Virus record (IMG/VR): IMGVR_UViG_3300017648_000007
Span: 1-40,402 of that record
Length of the DNA stretch: 40,402 nucleotides
From: a virus
Lineage: Duplodnaviria > Caudoviricetes
Direction: 5' to 3' (one strand)
Part shown: positions 7,597 through 14,702 of the stretch, in pieces
Numbering within the stretch: position 1 is the stretch's first letter
Layout of the letters: each line of letters begins with the position of its first letter
Notes under the pieces: model-generated
Told to the model about the DNA's origin: nothing
The model's input: the letters and a program-made list of their open reading frames with translations, nothing else
The model's database searches: none
Made by a program: the position numbers and the translations under genes

Positions 7597-7700
7597 TGGT
7601 CTGCATCCCATCGCTGAATTGCTCAGTTCGACGGGGCTACCTGCTGGGGAGAGGTATCAGCGTTGGTAGGAGTGCAGGTTGCGCCCCGTCGATGAGGTCA

Positions 7701-7753
7701 ACAATATCCGCTTTCGCGGACGTGTCAACAACAATCGTCCGCTATCGAGGATA
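7701..7753 (-). promoter_or_regulatory. PL promoter with operators OL1/OL2
   Basis: Minus strand TTGACA-16-TATTGT; 18-bp near-palindromes at 7705-7722 (tatccgctttcgcggacg) and 7736-7753 (cgtccgctatcgaggata). Confidence 0.85.
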
Positions 7754-7791
7754 TTTTTTGTTGCATTCAACAGGCGACGCATGAGATGGAT

Positions 7792-8030
7792 GGGGCGTTA
7801 AACCGGCCATAGGGTGCAATTCCCTCACTGGTGAAGCCGGGTGCGCGGGAGTCGAAAGTCCTACGGCGCTACCAGAAACAGAGGACGGATTAGCCGAGAG
7901 GCGTCCTGCTTATGCGATGCGACCGATGCGACGGTTCACTCGCAGCAAACGACTCTCCCGCCTTTCGTGGCCTAGCGGCTATGAGGGGTAGGGGGAGTCT
8001 TTGCTTGCTCCGCTCCCTCTGCTCTGGTTC
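7792..8030 (+). ncRNA. Putative structured non-coding RNA of unknown family
   Basis: No long ORF; nested stems, GNRA loops, ~27-bp hairpin with six G-U pairs; ends approximate. Confidence 0.6.
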
Positions 8031-8101
8031 AGAGCTGTATAGGGAATATCGCTACACGGAAATGGGTTATCTAGCACGGTGCTGACAACTCAGTGCAAAT
8101 C

Positions 8102-8116
8102 GTTCACGATATGTTC
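8102..8116. promoter_or_regulatory. Alphaproteobacterial LexA box abutting a TTGACC -35
   Basis: GTTC-acgatat-GTTC immediately followed by ttgacc. Confidence 0.8.
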
Positions 8117-8166
8117 TTGACCACCCAGAAGGCGGCATGTTCCTATGGCATCATAGGGGGGAAAGC

Positions 8167-8307
8167 ATGACTGTTTCTGAATTGCTGCTGCTCATGGAGA
8201 GCTTGACGGATCAACAAAAAGCTAACCGTCTGAGGGATTTCAAGACTTTAGAAACTCGAGAAGAGCCTTCCGCCGCTCAGGCGAAGCCCTCTCTAGCTCC
8301 CGAATAA
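8167..8307 (+). CDS. 46-aa putative SOS-inducible antirepressor (not in ORF track)
   Basis: AGGGGGG RBS, ATG 8167, MTVSELLLLMESLTDQQKANRLRDFKTLETREEPSAAQAKPSLAPE; downstream of the LexA box; 3' end overlaps cI. Confidence 0.5.
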   Translation: MTVSELLLLMESLTDQQKANRLRDFKTLETREEPSAAQAKPSLAPE

Positions 8308-8536
8308 TCGCTTCGGTTTCAGGGCTCATATCGACACCATACAGAACGTACGAGAGGCTCACGCCCATTTCTCTGCAAAGCGCCACCAGGTTGTCGATCG
8401 ACGGATCTTTGCCCTCAACCAAAATGCCGTGCATGTAGCCGTGCCCTAGTCCCGCGCCTAGGGACACTGCCCTTTTGGACTTGCCGCTCTTTTCGAGAGC
8501 TGTGGCAAGCCTGCCTCTCCAATCTTCCTTACTCAT
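8240..8536 (-). CDS. CI-like XRE repressor without S24 peptidase domain
   Basis: HTH (KSKRAVSLGAGLGHGYMHGIL...DPSIDNLVALCREMGVSLSYVLYG); divergent from cro; 98 aa. Confidence 0.85.
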   Translation of the reverse strand: MSKEDWRGRLATALEKSGKSKRAVSLGAGLGHGYMHGILVEGKDPSIDNLVALCREMGVSLSYVLYGVDMSPETEAIIRELERASPERRKALLEFLKS

Positions 8537-8545
8537 GAGGCCGAA

Positions 8546-8618
8546 TATCCTCTATTTCGGCCACGCACGCACGTATTCTATCGAGGATGCTTGACGCGTC
8601 CGCGAAAGCGGATATGAT
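8546..8618 (+). promoter_or_regulatory. OR operators and PR promoter
   Basis: TTGACG-16-TATGAT (8591-8618); operators 8546-8563, 8572-8589 and 8597-8614, the last being the exact reverse complement of 7705-7722. Confidence 0.85.
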
Positions 8619-8625
8619 GCGGGAC

Positions 8626-8832
8626 ATGAACAACGATCTTCTTTCAGATATTCGCGAATTCTTGGCCAAAACCGGAATGGGTAAATCCTACTTCGGAAAG
8701 GTTGCCTGTGGGAACTCAGAAGTTGTCGGAAGATTGGAGAACGGACGGACGGTCACGCTCGCGACCGCCGAGAAGATCCGGTCGTTCATCGAGTCTCACC
8801 GCCCATCAGGCGGCGACACCGCGTGTCAGTAG
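8626..8832 (+). CDS. Cro-like HTH regulator
   Basis: LLSDIREFLAKTGMGKSYFGKVACGNSEVVGRLENGRTVTLATAEKIRSFI; divergent from cI. Confidence 0.85.
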   Translation: MNNDLLSDIREFLAKTGMGKSYFGKVACGNSEVVGRLENGRTVTLATAEKIRSFIESHRPSGGDTACQ

Positions 8833-9108
8833 CGTGAGTACGGCGCCAGCGCCGGGCAGACGGGCCATTCCGTGAGGGTGGCCGGGGTTTCCTCTGTGCC
8901 CCGACAGCGTCTGCCCTGCCTTAGTGCCTAGCGATCCCCGCTATTCTCGGGGGGTGTAGTTCGGTGGCCGCCCTTACCAAAGGGCTGATCCCAGGTTCGG
9001 GTAAATCGGTGCGGGGAGCCTCTCCGGAGGTCATATCGGCCGTCAATCAGCCCAAGCCGCCGGTGTTCTAGTGGCGTGAGTTCAGATTGCTTCCTCTCTA
9101 CCAAACTC

Positions 9109-9140
9109 GGGCCGTCCGTTCGTGGCGGCCCCCTTTGGTT
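9109..9140 (+). terminator. tR1-like terminator
   Basis: gggccgtc-cgttcgt-ggcggccc followed by a weak U-tract (ctttggtt). Confidence 0.45.
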
Positions 9141-9167
9141 GAGTAGAGAATTTCACAGGCGGGGGCC

Positions 9168-9827
9168 ATGACAGAGAGCCGAGCGGTTCACCGGACATTC
9201 ACGCACTGGACGCCCGAACGGCTGGCCGTGCTCCGACACCTGTATGCGGCTGGGCTGCCATTGGCTGAAATCGCGGTGCAAACAGGCGCAACTGAGCAGG
9301 CGATCCAGCAGCAGGTTTATCTGCGCGGGATGCGGCGGCGTAAAAGTTCCTGGACTCCTGAACGCGAGCAGAGACTAACCGAACTATGGGCGGCCGGGTA
9401 TAGCGCCAGCGTGTGTGCAAGGCAGCTTGGCGGCGTCACGAGATGCGCTGTTATCGCCAAGGTTCACCGGATGGGGCTGCCGGCGCGCGCGACCGATAAG
9501 CGGAAAGCCTCCGTCCGATCGAGGAAAGCGCAGAAGCGTGTTGCCAGGCGGGTCGGTCGCGCTCCCGTGCCGCCAATGGCCTGCCGCAGCCTGCCGCAGA
9601 CCCGCGAGACTGACATCGCCCGCAAGCAATTGCTGGATCTTGAAAAACATGACTGCCGCTGGCCGGTCGGCGAGCCGGGAGAACCCGGTTTCGGATTCTG
9701 CGCTGCTGAGCGCGTTCCCGGATCACCCTACTGCGCGGAGCATCTGCAAAGAGCGACTGTGCCCCTGCCACCAAGGAAGGAGGCGGCCGAGCCAGCGGCA
9801 TCCAGAGAGCTGGAGGTTGTCGCATGA
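9168..9827 (+). CDS. GcrA-family regulator with duplicated N-terminal HTH
   Basis: WTPER...WAAGYSAS...GGVTRCAVIAKVHRMGL and LLDLEKHDCRWPVGEP...FCAAERVPGSPYCAEH. Confidence 0.9.
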   Translation: MTESRAVHRTFTHWTPERLAVLRHLYAAGLPLAEIAVQTGATEQAIQQQVYLRGMRRRKSSWTPEREQRLTELWAAGYSASVCARQLGGVTRCAVIAKVHRMGLPARATDKRKASVRSRKAQKRVARRVGRAPVPPMACRSLPQTRETDIARKQLLDLEKHDCRWPVGEPGEPGFGFCAAERVPGSPYCAEHLQRATVPLPPRKEAAEPAASRELEVVA

Positions 9828-10579
9828 GGTGGTTCAGGTGGCGCAGACAGCCACGGCGAATGACGTTGGAGGAACAGCGCGAGCGGTGCCCTGACATCAT
9901 CGTCGCCATGCTCTGCAACCGGTACGAATTCAACATGCCGTGGCCGGAAGACCCCGACGAGGTTCCATGCTGGCGACTGCGGGATGACGAGTGGTCGCGC
10001 GCTACCGGCATCCCTGTACCGTGCCCCGCCCGCACCCTCCGAGAGTTCCTGATCCAGGAGCTGCCGCAGGAGGTGGACACCCTTCGCCAGCTGCGTGTGT
10101 ACGCATCCCAAAGGCTGGCGAGTGCACGCATAGCGAGTGCTGGAACGGTTATGGTTCCAATTTCGGTGGAACCCTCAGTGGAACCACTGGAACCCCAAGT
10201 GGAACCTGTCGTGGAACCTCCGGTGGAACCAAAAGAAAACCGTGAGACTTCAGTCAGTTCCACTGTTCCACCGGAAAGCGTGGAACCGATGCTGGAACCA
10301 TCAATGGAACCAGTGGAACCAACGGTGGAACCTCAAATGGAACCACTCGTGGAACCAGTGAAACCGCAGCAGGTCCAAACACCATTCATGCCCGCTTTGG
10401 TTGTCTCGAACAACACGACCGAACGGATGGAAAAAGCGCTGGAATGGATCAGCAACTATCACGATGAGCGCGGCGTCTGGCCATCGCTCCACGTGGTGCA
10501 GTCCAGTCTCAAGCTGCCGAAATCGACGGCATACAGATACCGGTCAATGGCAATGAGCAAGGAGGCGCAGGCGGCATGA
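9824..10579 (+). CDS. Hypothetical protein with (V/M/L)EP repeats and C-terminal HTH
   Basis: Coupled start/stop; C-terminal WPSLHVVQSSLKLPKSTAYRYRS. Confidence 0.75.
   Translation: MRWFRWRRQPRRMTLEEQRERCPDIIVAMLCNRYEFNMPWPEDPDEVPCWRLRDDEWSRATGIPVPCPARTLREFLIQELPQEVDTLRQLRVYASQRLASARIASAGTVMVPISVEPSVEPLEPQVEPVVEPPVEPKENRETSVSSTVPPESVEPMLEPSMEPVEPTVEPQMEPLVEPVKPQQVQTPFMPALVVSNNTTERMEKALEWISNYHDERGVWPSLHVVQSSLKLPKSTAYRYRSMAMSKEAQAA
10167..10356 (+). repeat. TGGAACC array, 13 copies at 9-12 bp spacing
   Basis: Starts at 10167, 10179, 10188, 10200, 10212, 10224, 10281, 10293, 10305, 10314, 10326, 10338, 10350. Confidence 0.95.
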
Positions 10580-10764
10580 AAACAAAACAGCAGGAGATGA
10601 TCGAGCGCATTCGCGGAAGGGCCGCCAGCTGCATTGAGAAGGGCGAGCACTTCCTGCCACTGCTCAAGGAGGAATACCAGGTGATGGAAGAGGCCGGGCT
10701 GATCGACACGTCTTACGGCGAGCCGATGTTCCGGTTCCTGACCATCAAGAAACTGAACTCATAA
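10576..10764 (+). CDS. Hypothetical protein
   Basis: 62 aa, ATGA overlap, GGAGG/CAGG RBS. Confidence 0.7.
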   Translation: MKTKQQEMIERIRGRAASCIEKGEHFLPLLKEEYQVMEEAGLIDTSYGEPMFRFLTIKKLNS

Positions 10765-10875
10765 ACGCGAAAAGCTCCCGGTTGCCGCCGAGAGCTTCTC
10801 AAAATTCATGGCTCGATAGGTTGGCGCCGAAGGAGCCGTTTCTGACTGTCGGAGCATGCTCCGTAGAGGGAGATA
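10764..10875 (-). ncRNA. Putative OOP-like antisense RNA
   Basis: Minus strand TTGCGG-17-TAACAA (10909-10881) and terminator aagctctcgg-cggcaa-ccgggagctt-ttcgcgttt. Confidence 0.4.
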
Positions 10876-10930
10876 CGACTTTGTTAACAAATCAGCATGA
10901 TTCCCGCAAGCGTCGTTTTGAGGTGTGCAC

Positions 10931-12391
10931 ATGTTGATGCGTACCGAAACGGCGATGGGGATAGAAGCCGCCCCGCGGGAAGCGCCGCACAACATCGACG
11001 CAGAACAGGCGCTGCTGGGTGCGATCCTGGTGCACAACGAGGCATACGAGCGCGTCGTTGATGTCATCAGCGCGGGCCATTTCTACGACCCGCTGCATCA
11101 GGCGCTGTTCGAGACGGCGGCCAAGATGCTCGCGGCCGGCACGCATGTTTCCGCGGCGACGCTGCGCACGTTCTTCGAGAACGCGCCACCGATCACCGAT
11201 GATCTGACTGTTCCGGAATATCTAAACCGTCTGGCGTTCAACGCGGCAACGGTGGCGAGCGCTCGGGCCTACGCCGAGACGATCCGGGATTTGGCCATTC
11301 GGCGCCAGATTATCGCCATTGGTCAGGACGCGGCAGAGGCAGCGTTTGAGGCGGATATAGACACGCCGCCAAGCGTTCTGATCGAGGAAACCGAGCAAGC
11401 GTTGTTTGCGCTGGCAGAGGCCGGAAGCGATGGCCGTAGCGAGGTGACGTTCGCGCAATCCGTAGATGTCGCCCTGGAGCGTATGCAGGAAGCCCTGAAG
11501 CACGGCGGCCGCATGCGTGGGCTGTCGACCGGGCTGGCCGATCTGGACGACAAGCTAGGCGGGTTGGTGCCGGCACGGCTCTACATTCTGGCGGGCCGTC
11601 CGGGCATGGGCAAAACCGCGCTGGCAACGAACATCGCTTGGCACGTCGCTAAGAGCGGCACCCATGACGACAACGGGGAGTGTATCCCGGCTCCGGTGGA
11701 TTTCTTCTCGCTGGAAATGGCCCACGACGAGCTGACAGAGCGGATCGTATCGGGGGAGTGCGGCGTCAGCTCATCGAAGCTGCAACGCGGTACAGCGGCA
11801 CCGCATGAGGTGGAAGCGGCTATCAGAGCGGGCAGCCGCATCCGCAACGTTCCGCTCATCATCGATGACCGCGGCGGCGTCACGCTTGCCCAGATTGCGG
11901 CGCGCGCACGACGCCGGAAGCGCAAGCACGGAACGGCGTTGATCGTCATCGACTACTTGCAACTGATCCGCGGCAAAGGCCGTGAAAACCGCGTTCAGGA
12001 AATCACCGAGATAACGACCGGGCTCAAGGCTCTGGCGAAGGAGCTGCACGTCCCGATCATCGCTCTGTCGCAGCTTTCCCGAGCAGTCGAGCAGAGAGAG
12101 AACAAGCGCCCGCAGCTCTCGGACCTGAGAGATTCCGGATCGATCGAGCAAGACGCAGACGTCGTGCTCTTTGCCTACCGCGAAGAATACTACATCCGGC
12201 AGCGCGAGCCGGACGGCGCGGACGGAGCGGCCTATTCGAAATGGCAAGAGGAACTGCTCGCTGCGCAAGGCAAGGCAGAGGTCATCATCGCCAAGCAGAG
12301 GCAGGGGCCTACGGGCTCCGTGCCGCTGGCGTTCCAGGCTGAACTGACAAGGTTCTCAAACCTCTCACGACAGGGGGGCGATTATGCGTAG
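10931..12391 (+). CDS. dnaB: Replicative DNA helicase
   Basis: PHNIDAEQALLGAIL, AGRPGMGKT, FSLEM, IDYLQL, LSQLSRAVEQRENKRPQLSDLRDSGSIEQDAD. Confidence 0.97.
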   Translation: MLMRTETAMGIEAAPREAPHNIDAEQALLGAILVHNEAYERVVDVISAGHFYDPLHQALFETAAKMLAAGTHVSAATLRTFFENAPPITDDLTVPEYLNRLAFNAATVASARAYAETIRDLAIRRQIIAIGQDAAEAAFEADIDTPPSVLIEETEQALFALAEAGSDGRSEVTFAQSVDVALERMQEALKHGGRMRGLSTGLADLDDKLGGLVPARLYILAGRPGMGKTALATNIAWHVAKSGTHDDNGECIPAPVDFFSLEMAHDELTERIVSGECGVSSSKLQRGTAAPHEVEAAIRAGSRIRNVPLIIDDRGGVTLAQIAARARRRKRKHGTALIVIDYLQLIRGKGRENRVQEITEITTGLKALAKELHVPIIALSQLSRAVEQRENKRPQLSDLRDSGSIEQDADVVLFAYREEYYIRQREPDGADGAAYSKWQEELLAAQGKAEVIIAKQRQGPTGSVPLAFQAELTRFSNLSRQGGDYA

Positions 12392-13427
12392 ACGCGGCGA
12401 TCCTTGGTTCAAATTCTACCCGCAAGATTGGATCGATGGCACGCGCGACCTCACGCCTGAGCAGCGCGGCGCATACATCGACATGATCGCACTGCAGATG
12501 CTGAGCGGTGACCCGGTTAAGGATGACTACGCTTGGCTCGGTCACCAGATGCACATCTCGTCTCGCAAGGCGCGGTCGCTCGTTGAGAGCTTGATCGAGG
12601 CAACCAAGCTGATCCGGACAGAGCGCGGGATACTCAACGAGAGGGCAGCTGTAGAGATCGAGGCGCGCGAAAAACAGCGCCGGGCGAACTCAGAGATTGC
12701 CGTCGAACGCGAGCGAAAGAACCGCGAAAAGTCCGTGAAACTTCCGCGAACCATCCGTGAAACTTCCGCGAAAATAGCAGATAACGACGTCGAAAATTGC
12801 GAATTAACTAATGAAATCAACGAATGGGTTGCAAGTTCGTGCCACGAAAGAAGCACCACGCGCGCGCGTTCAGATACAGATACAGAGTTAGAGATAAGTA
12901 ATAACCCCCTTTCCCCCTTACGGGGGGACGGGATGTCTGAGCCAAAACCAGCACCTAGGAAGCGCATCCCCTACTCGGACGACTTCGAGAAGTTTTGGAG
13001 TGAGTACCCGGACACTCGCGGTATGTCGAAAGCGAACGCCTGGAAGCGTTGGCGAGCTCTGACCGCTGACGAGCGGGATGCGGCTTACCGCGCACTGCCC
13101 GCGTTCCGTGAACTGCTAGCCGAGCGCCGCCGTAAATCGCCGGACGCTGTGACGCTTCACGCCGAGGGATATCTCAGTCAACGCCGGTTCGAAACGCTGG
13201 CCGAAGCCAAGCCGGCAGGGCCGTGGTGGAAGGACCCCAACCTGCTGGCCGAGATGACGCTGGAACGGTGGCGCAAGGGGATCCGCCAGTACGCGAACGG
13301 AATCTGGCGGGTGGCGGAGTTGGGGCCAGCACCGGGGCATCCGCAATGCGTCGTGCCGGCGCAACTCATTGCCGAGCTACGGCTCGATGAAATCTACGAC
13401 AGCCAGGGGATGAGACGATGCAACTGA
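12384..13427 (+). CDS. Phage replication initiator (DUF1376/YdaU N-terminus)
   Basis: PWFKFYPQDWIDGTRDLTPEQRGAYIDMI; FEKFWSEYP...KANAWKRW; internal iterons. Confidence 0.88.
   Translation: MRRRGDPWFKFYPQDWIDGTRDLTPEQRGAYIDMIALQMLSGDPVKDDYAWLGHQMHISSRKARSLVESLIEATKLIRTERGILNERAAVEIEAREKQRRANSEIAVERERKNREKSVKLPRTIRETSAKIADNDVENCELTNEINEWVASSCHERSTTRARSDTDTELEISNNPLSPLRGDGMSEPKPAPRKRIPYSDDFEKFWSEYPDTRGMSKANAWKRWRALTADERDAAYRALPAFRELLAERRRKSPDAVTLHAEGYLSQRRFETLAEAKPAGPWWKDPNLLAEMTLERWRKGIRQYANGIWRVAELGPAPGHPQCVVPAQLIAELRLDEIYDSQGMRRCN
12722..12930. other. Probable replication origin (iterons plus AT-rich tract)
   Basis: Five 11-bp units CCG(C/T)GAA-N4 at 12722-12776, then gaaaattgcgaattaactaatgaaatc. 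Confidence 0.75.
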
Positions 13428-14089
13428 TCGACGAAGAGCCGTTTTTCGATGCAGCGGAAGAAGACGGCATAATCTTGGATATTCGAAGGGTTATTGCCCG
13501 CGAAATACGGCCGATCATCCAGACGGTTGAGCAAGCGCACGGCGCGATATTCAAAGAACTCGCTAGGCTTCGCCACAACATCAGCCTGGGCGAAGACGAC
13601 GAAGATACCCGTCGCGATTATCTCAACTCGATCCAGACAATCGAGAGCAGACTGTTCGACAGCGACGAATTGGAAATGGTCCCGGGGGTAATTCGTGAAA
13701 AGCCCCTGGACGGCCTGTTTCGCGCCAGCAAATTTTTGGGCGATCTGCGCCGTAGCCACGAGGAATTGAGGTCGCAGCTTGCCGATATGCGTCGCTTGCA
13801 CGTGGACAGCCCGAACGATCCCGCCGTTCGCGAAGCGGTGAAGGCTCTGACGGAAGGGCTTTGCGCTTACTGCGACGCCGAACTCGGGGAAGACTGGCAC
13901 ATCGAGCACGTCGTTCCGAAGTCGGCCGGCGGCCCTGACACTCTCGCGAACTACGTGCCGTCCTGCAAGTCCTGCAACAGCGCCAAGCACGCGCTGCACG
14001 TTCTCGAATTTATCCGACGCAAGCAAGGCAATGAACCGCGGACGGCAGCGCCCGTTCCGGTCGAGTTTCGCGTCGTGGCTGGTGAGTGA
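13418..14089 (+). CDS. HNH endonuclease
   Basis: CAYC...IEHVVPKSAGGPDTLANYVPSCKSCNSAK. Confidence 0.9.
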   Translation: MQLIDEEPFFDAAEEDGIILDIRRVIAREIRPIIQTVEQAHGAIFKELARLRHNISLGEDDEDTRRDYLNSIQTIESRLFDSDELEMVPGVIREKPLDGLFRASKFLGDLRRSHEELRSQLADMRRLHVDSPNDPAVREAVKALTEGLCAYCDAELGEDWHIEHVVPKSAGGPDTLANYVPSCKSCNSAKHALHVLEFIRRKQGNEPRTAAPVPVEFRVVAGE

Positions 14090-14102
14090 GGGAGGCTGAA
14101 AC

Positions 14103-14702
14103 ATGGGGGAACAATCGATGGCGAACGTTGAAGAAATCCAGGAACGCCGCCCATGGCGGGTAAACGAAATCATCCGGGCAGTTTCGAAGGCGTCCGGCGT
14201 CCCGGTGCGCGACATCACGGGGCCGCTCAGAGCGCAGGAAATCGTCTCCGCCCGCCATGCGGTGATGTGGATCGCCCGGCAGCAAGGGTGCTGGTCCTAC
14301 CCACAGATCGGCCGGCTGCTCGGAAATCGCGATCACACGACGGTGCTCCACGGGGTGCGGAAGGCAGAGAAGCGTCTGCAATCCGATGACTGGTTCCGCT
14401 GGCTTGTTGCGGCGTCAGAGGCCCATCTCACGTCGGAGAATTTCCCGACGCTGGAGGCAGTGTCCAGGCAGGTTGTGAAAGTCGAGGCGCCAGAGTCCGA
14501 GATTGTCTGGCCAGCCCTTCCGGTTGAGCCGCAGGAGAAACGGGAACCCACGAAAGAGGAACGCATCGCGGAGCTTGAGCGGCGGCGCGTCCGGATTTTC
14601 AGCGAGGAATGGTGGGAGCTGAATGAGCTCCGCGGCGAAATTGGCTTTACCTGTGGCTACGCAGCTGAGTACGCCGCGCGCATGAATGGGGAGGCAGCAT
14701 GA
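14103..14702 (+). CDS. DnaA C-terminal (domain IV) HTH protein
   Basis: ITGPLRAQEIVSARHAVMWIARQ...SYPQIGRLLGNRDHTTVLHGVRK. Confidence 0.88.
   Translation: MGEQSMANVEEIQERRPWRVNEIIRAVSKASGVPVRDITGPLRAQEIVSARHAVMWIARQQGCWSYPQIGRLLGNRDHTTVLHGVRKAEKRLQSDDWFRWLVAASEAHLTSENFPTLEAVSRQVVKVEAPESEIVWPALPVEPQEKREPTKEERIAELERRRVRIFSEEWWELNELRGEIGFTCGYAAEYAARMNGEAA

Noticed and set aside
7828-7860. Hammerhead-like CTGGTGA...GAAA
   Set aside because: Core deviates from CUGANGA and the required three stems could not be built
7871-8028. Retron msr/msd-like layout (terminal inverted repeat plus long hairpin)
   Set aside because: No reverse transcriptase in the window; the G-U-rich hairpin would be mismatched as cDNA
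10167-10356. CRISPR array
   Set aside because: 7-bp repeats with 2-5 bp gaps and no cas genes
9451-10361. Alternative-frame ORFs (GST-rich minus strand; WN-rich 10137-10361)
   Set aside because: By-products of the TGGAACC repeat; the 9824-10579 frame has coupled junctions
14691-14702. Recurrent GAGGC(A/G)GCATGA-like motif at gene ends (also near 4891, 7225, 9824, 10576, 16594)
   Set aside because: Explained by SD plus overlapping stop/start translational coupling
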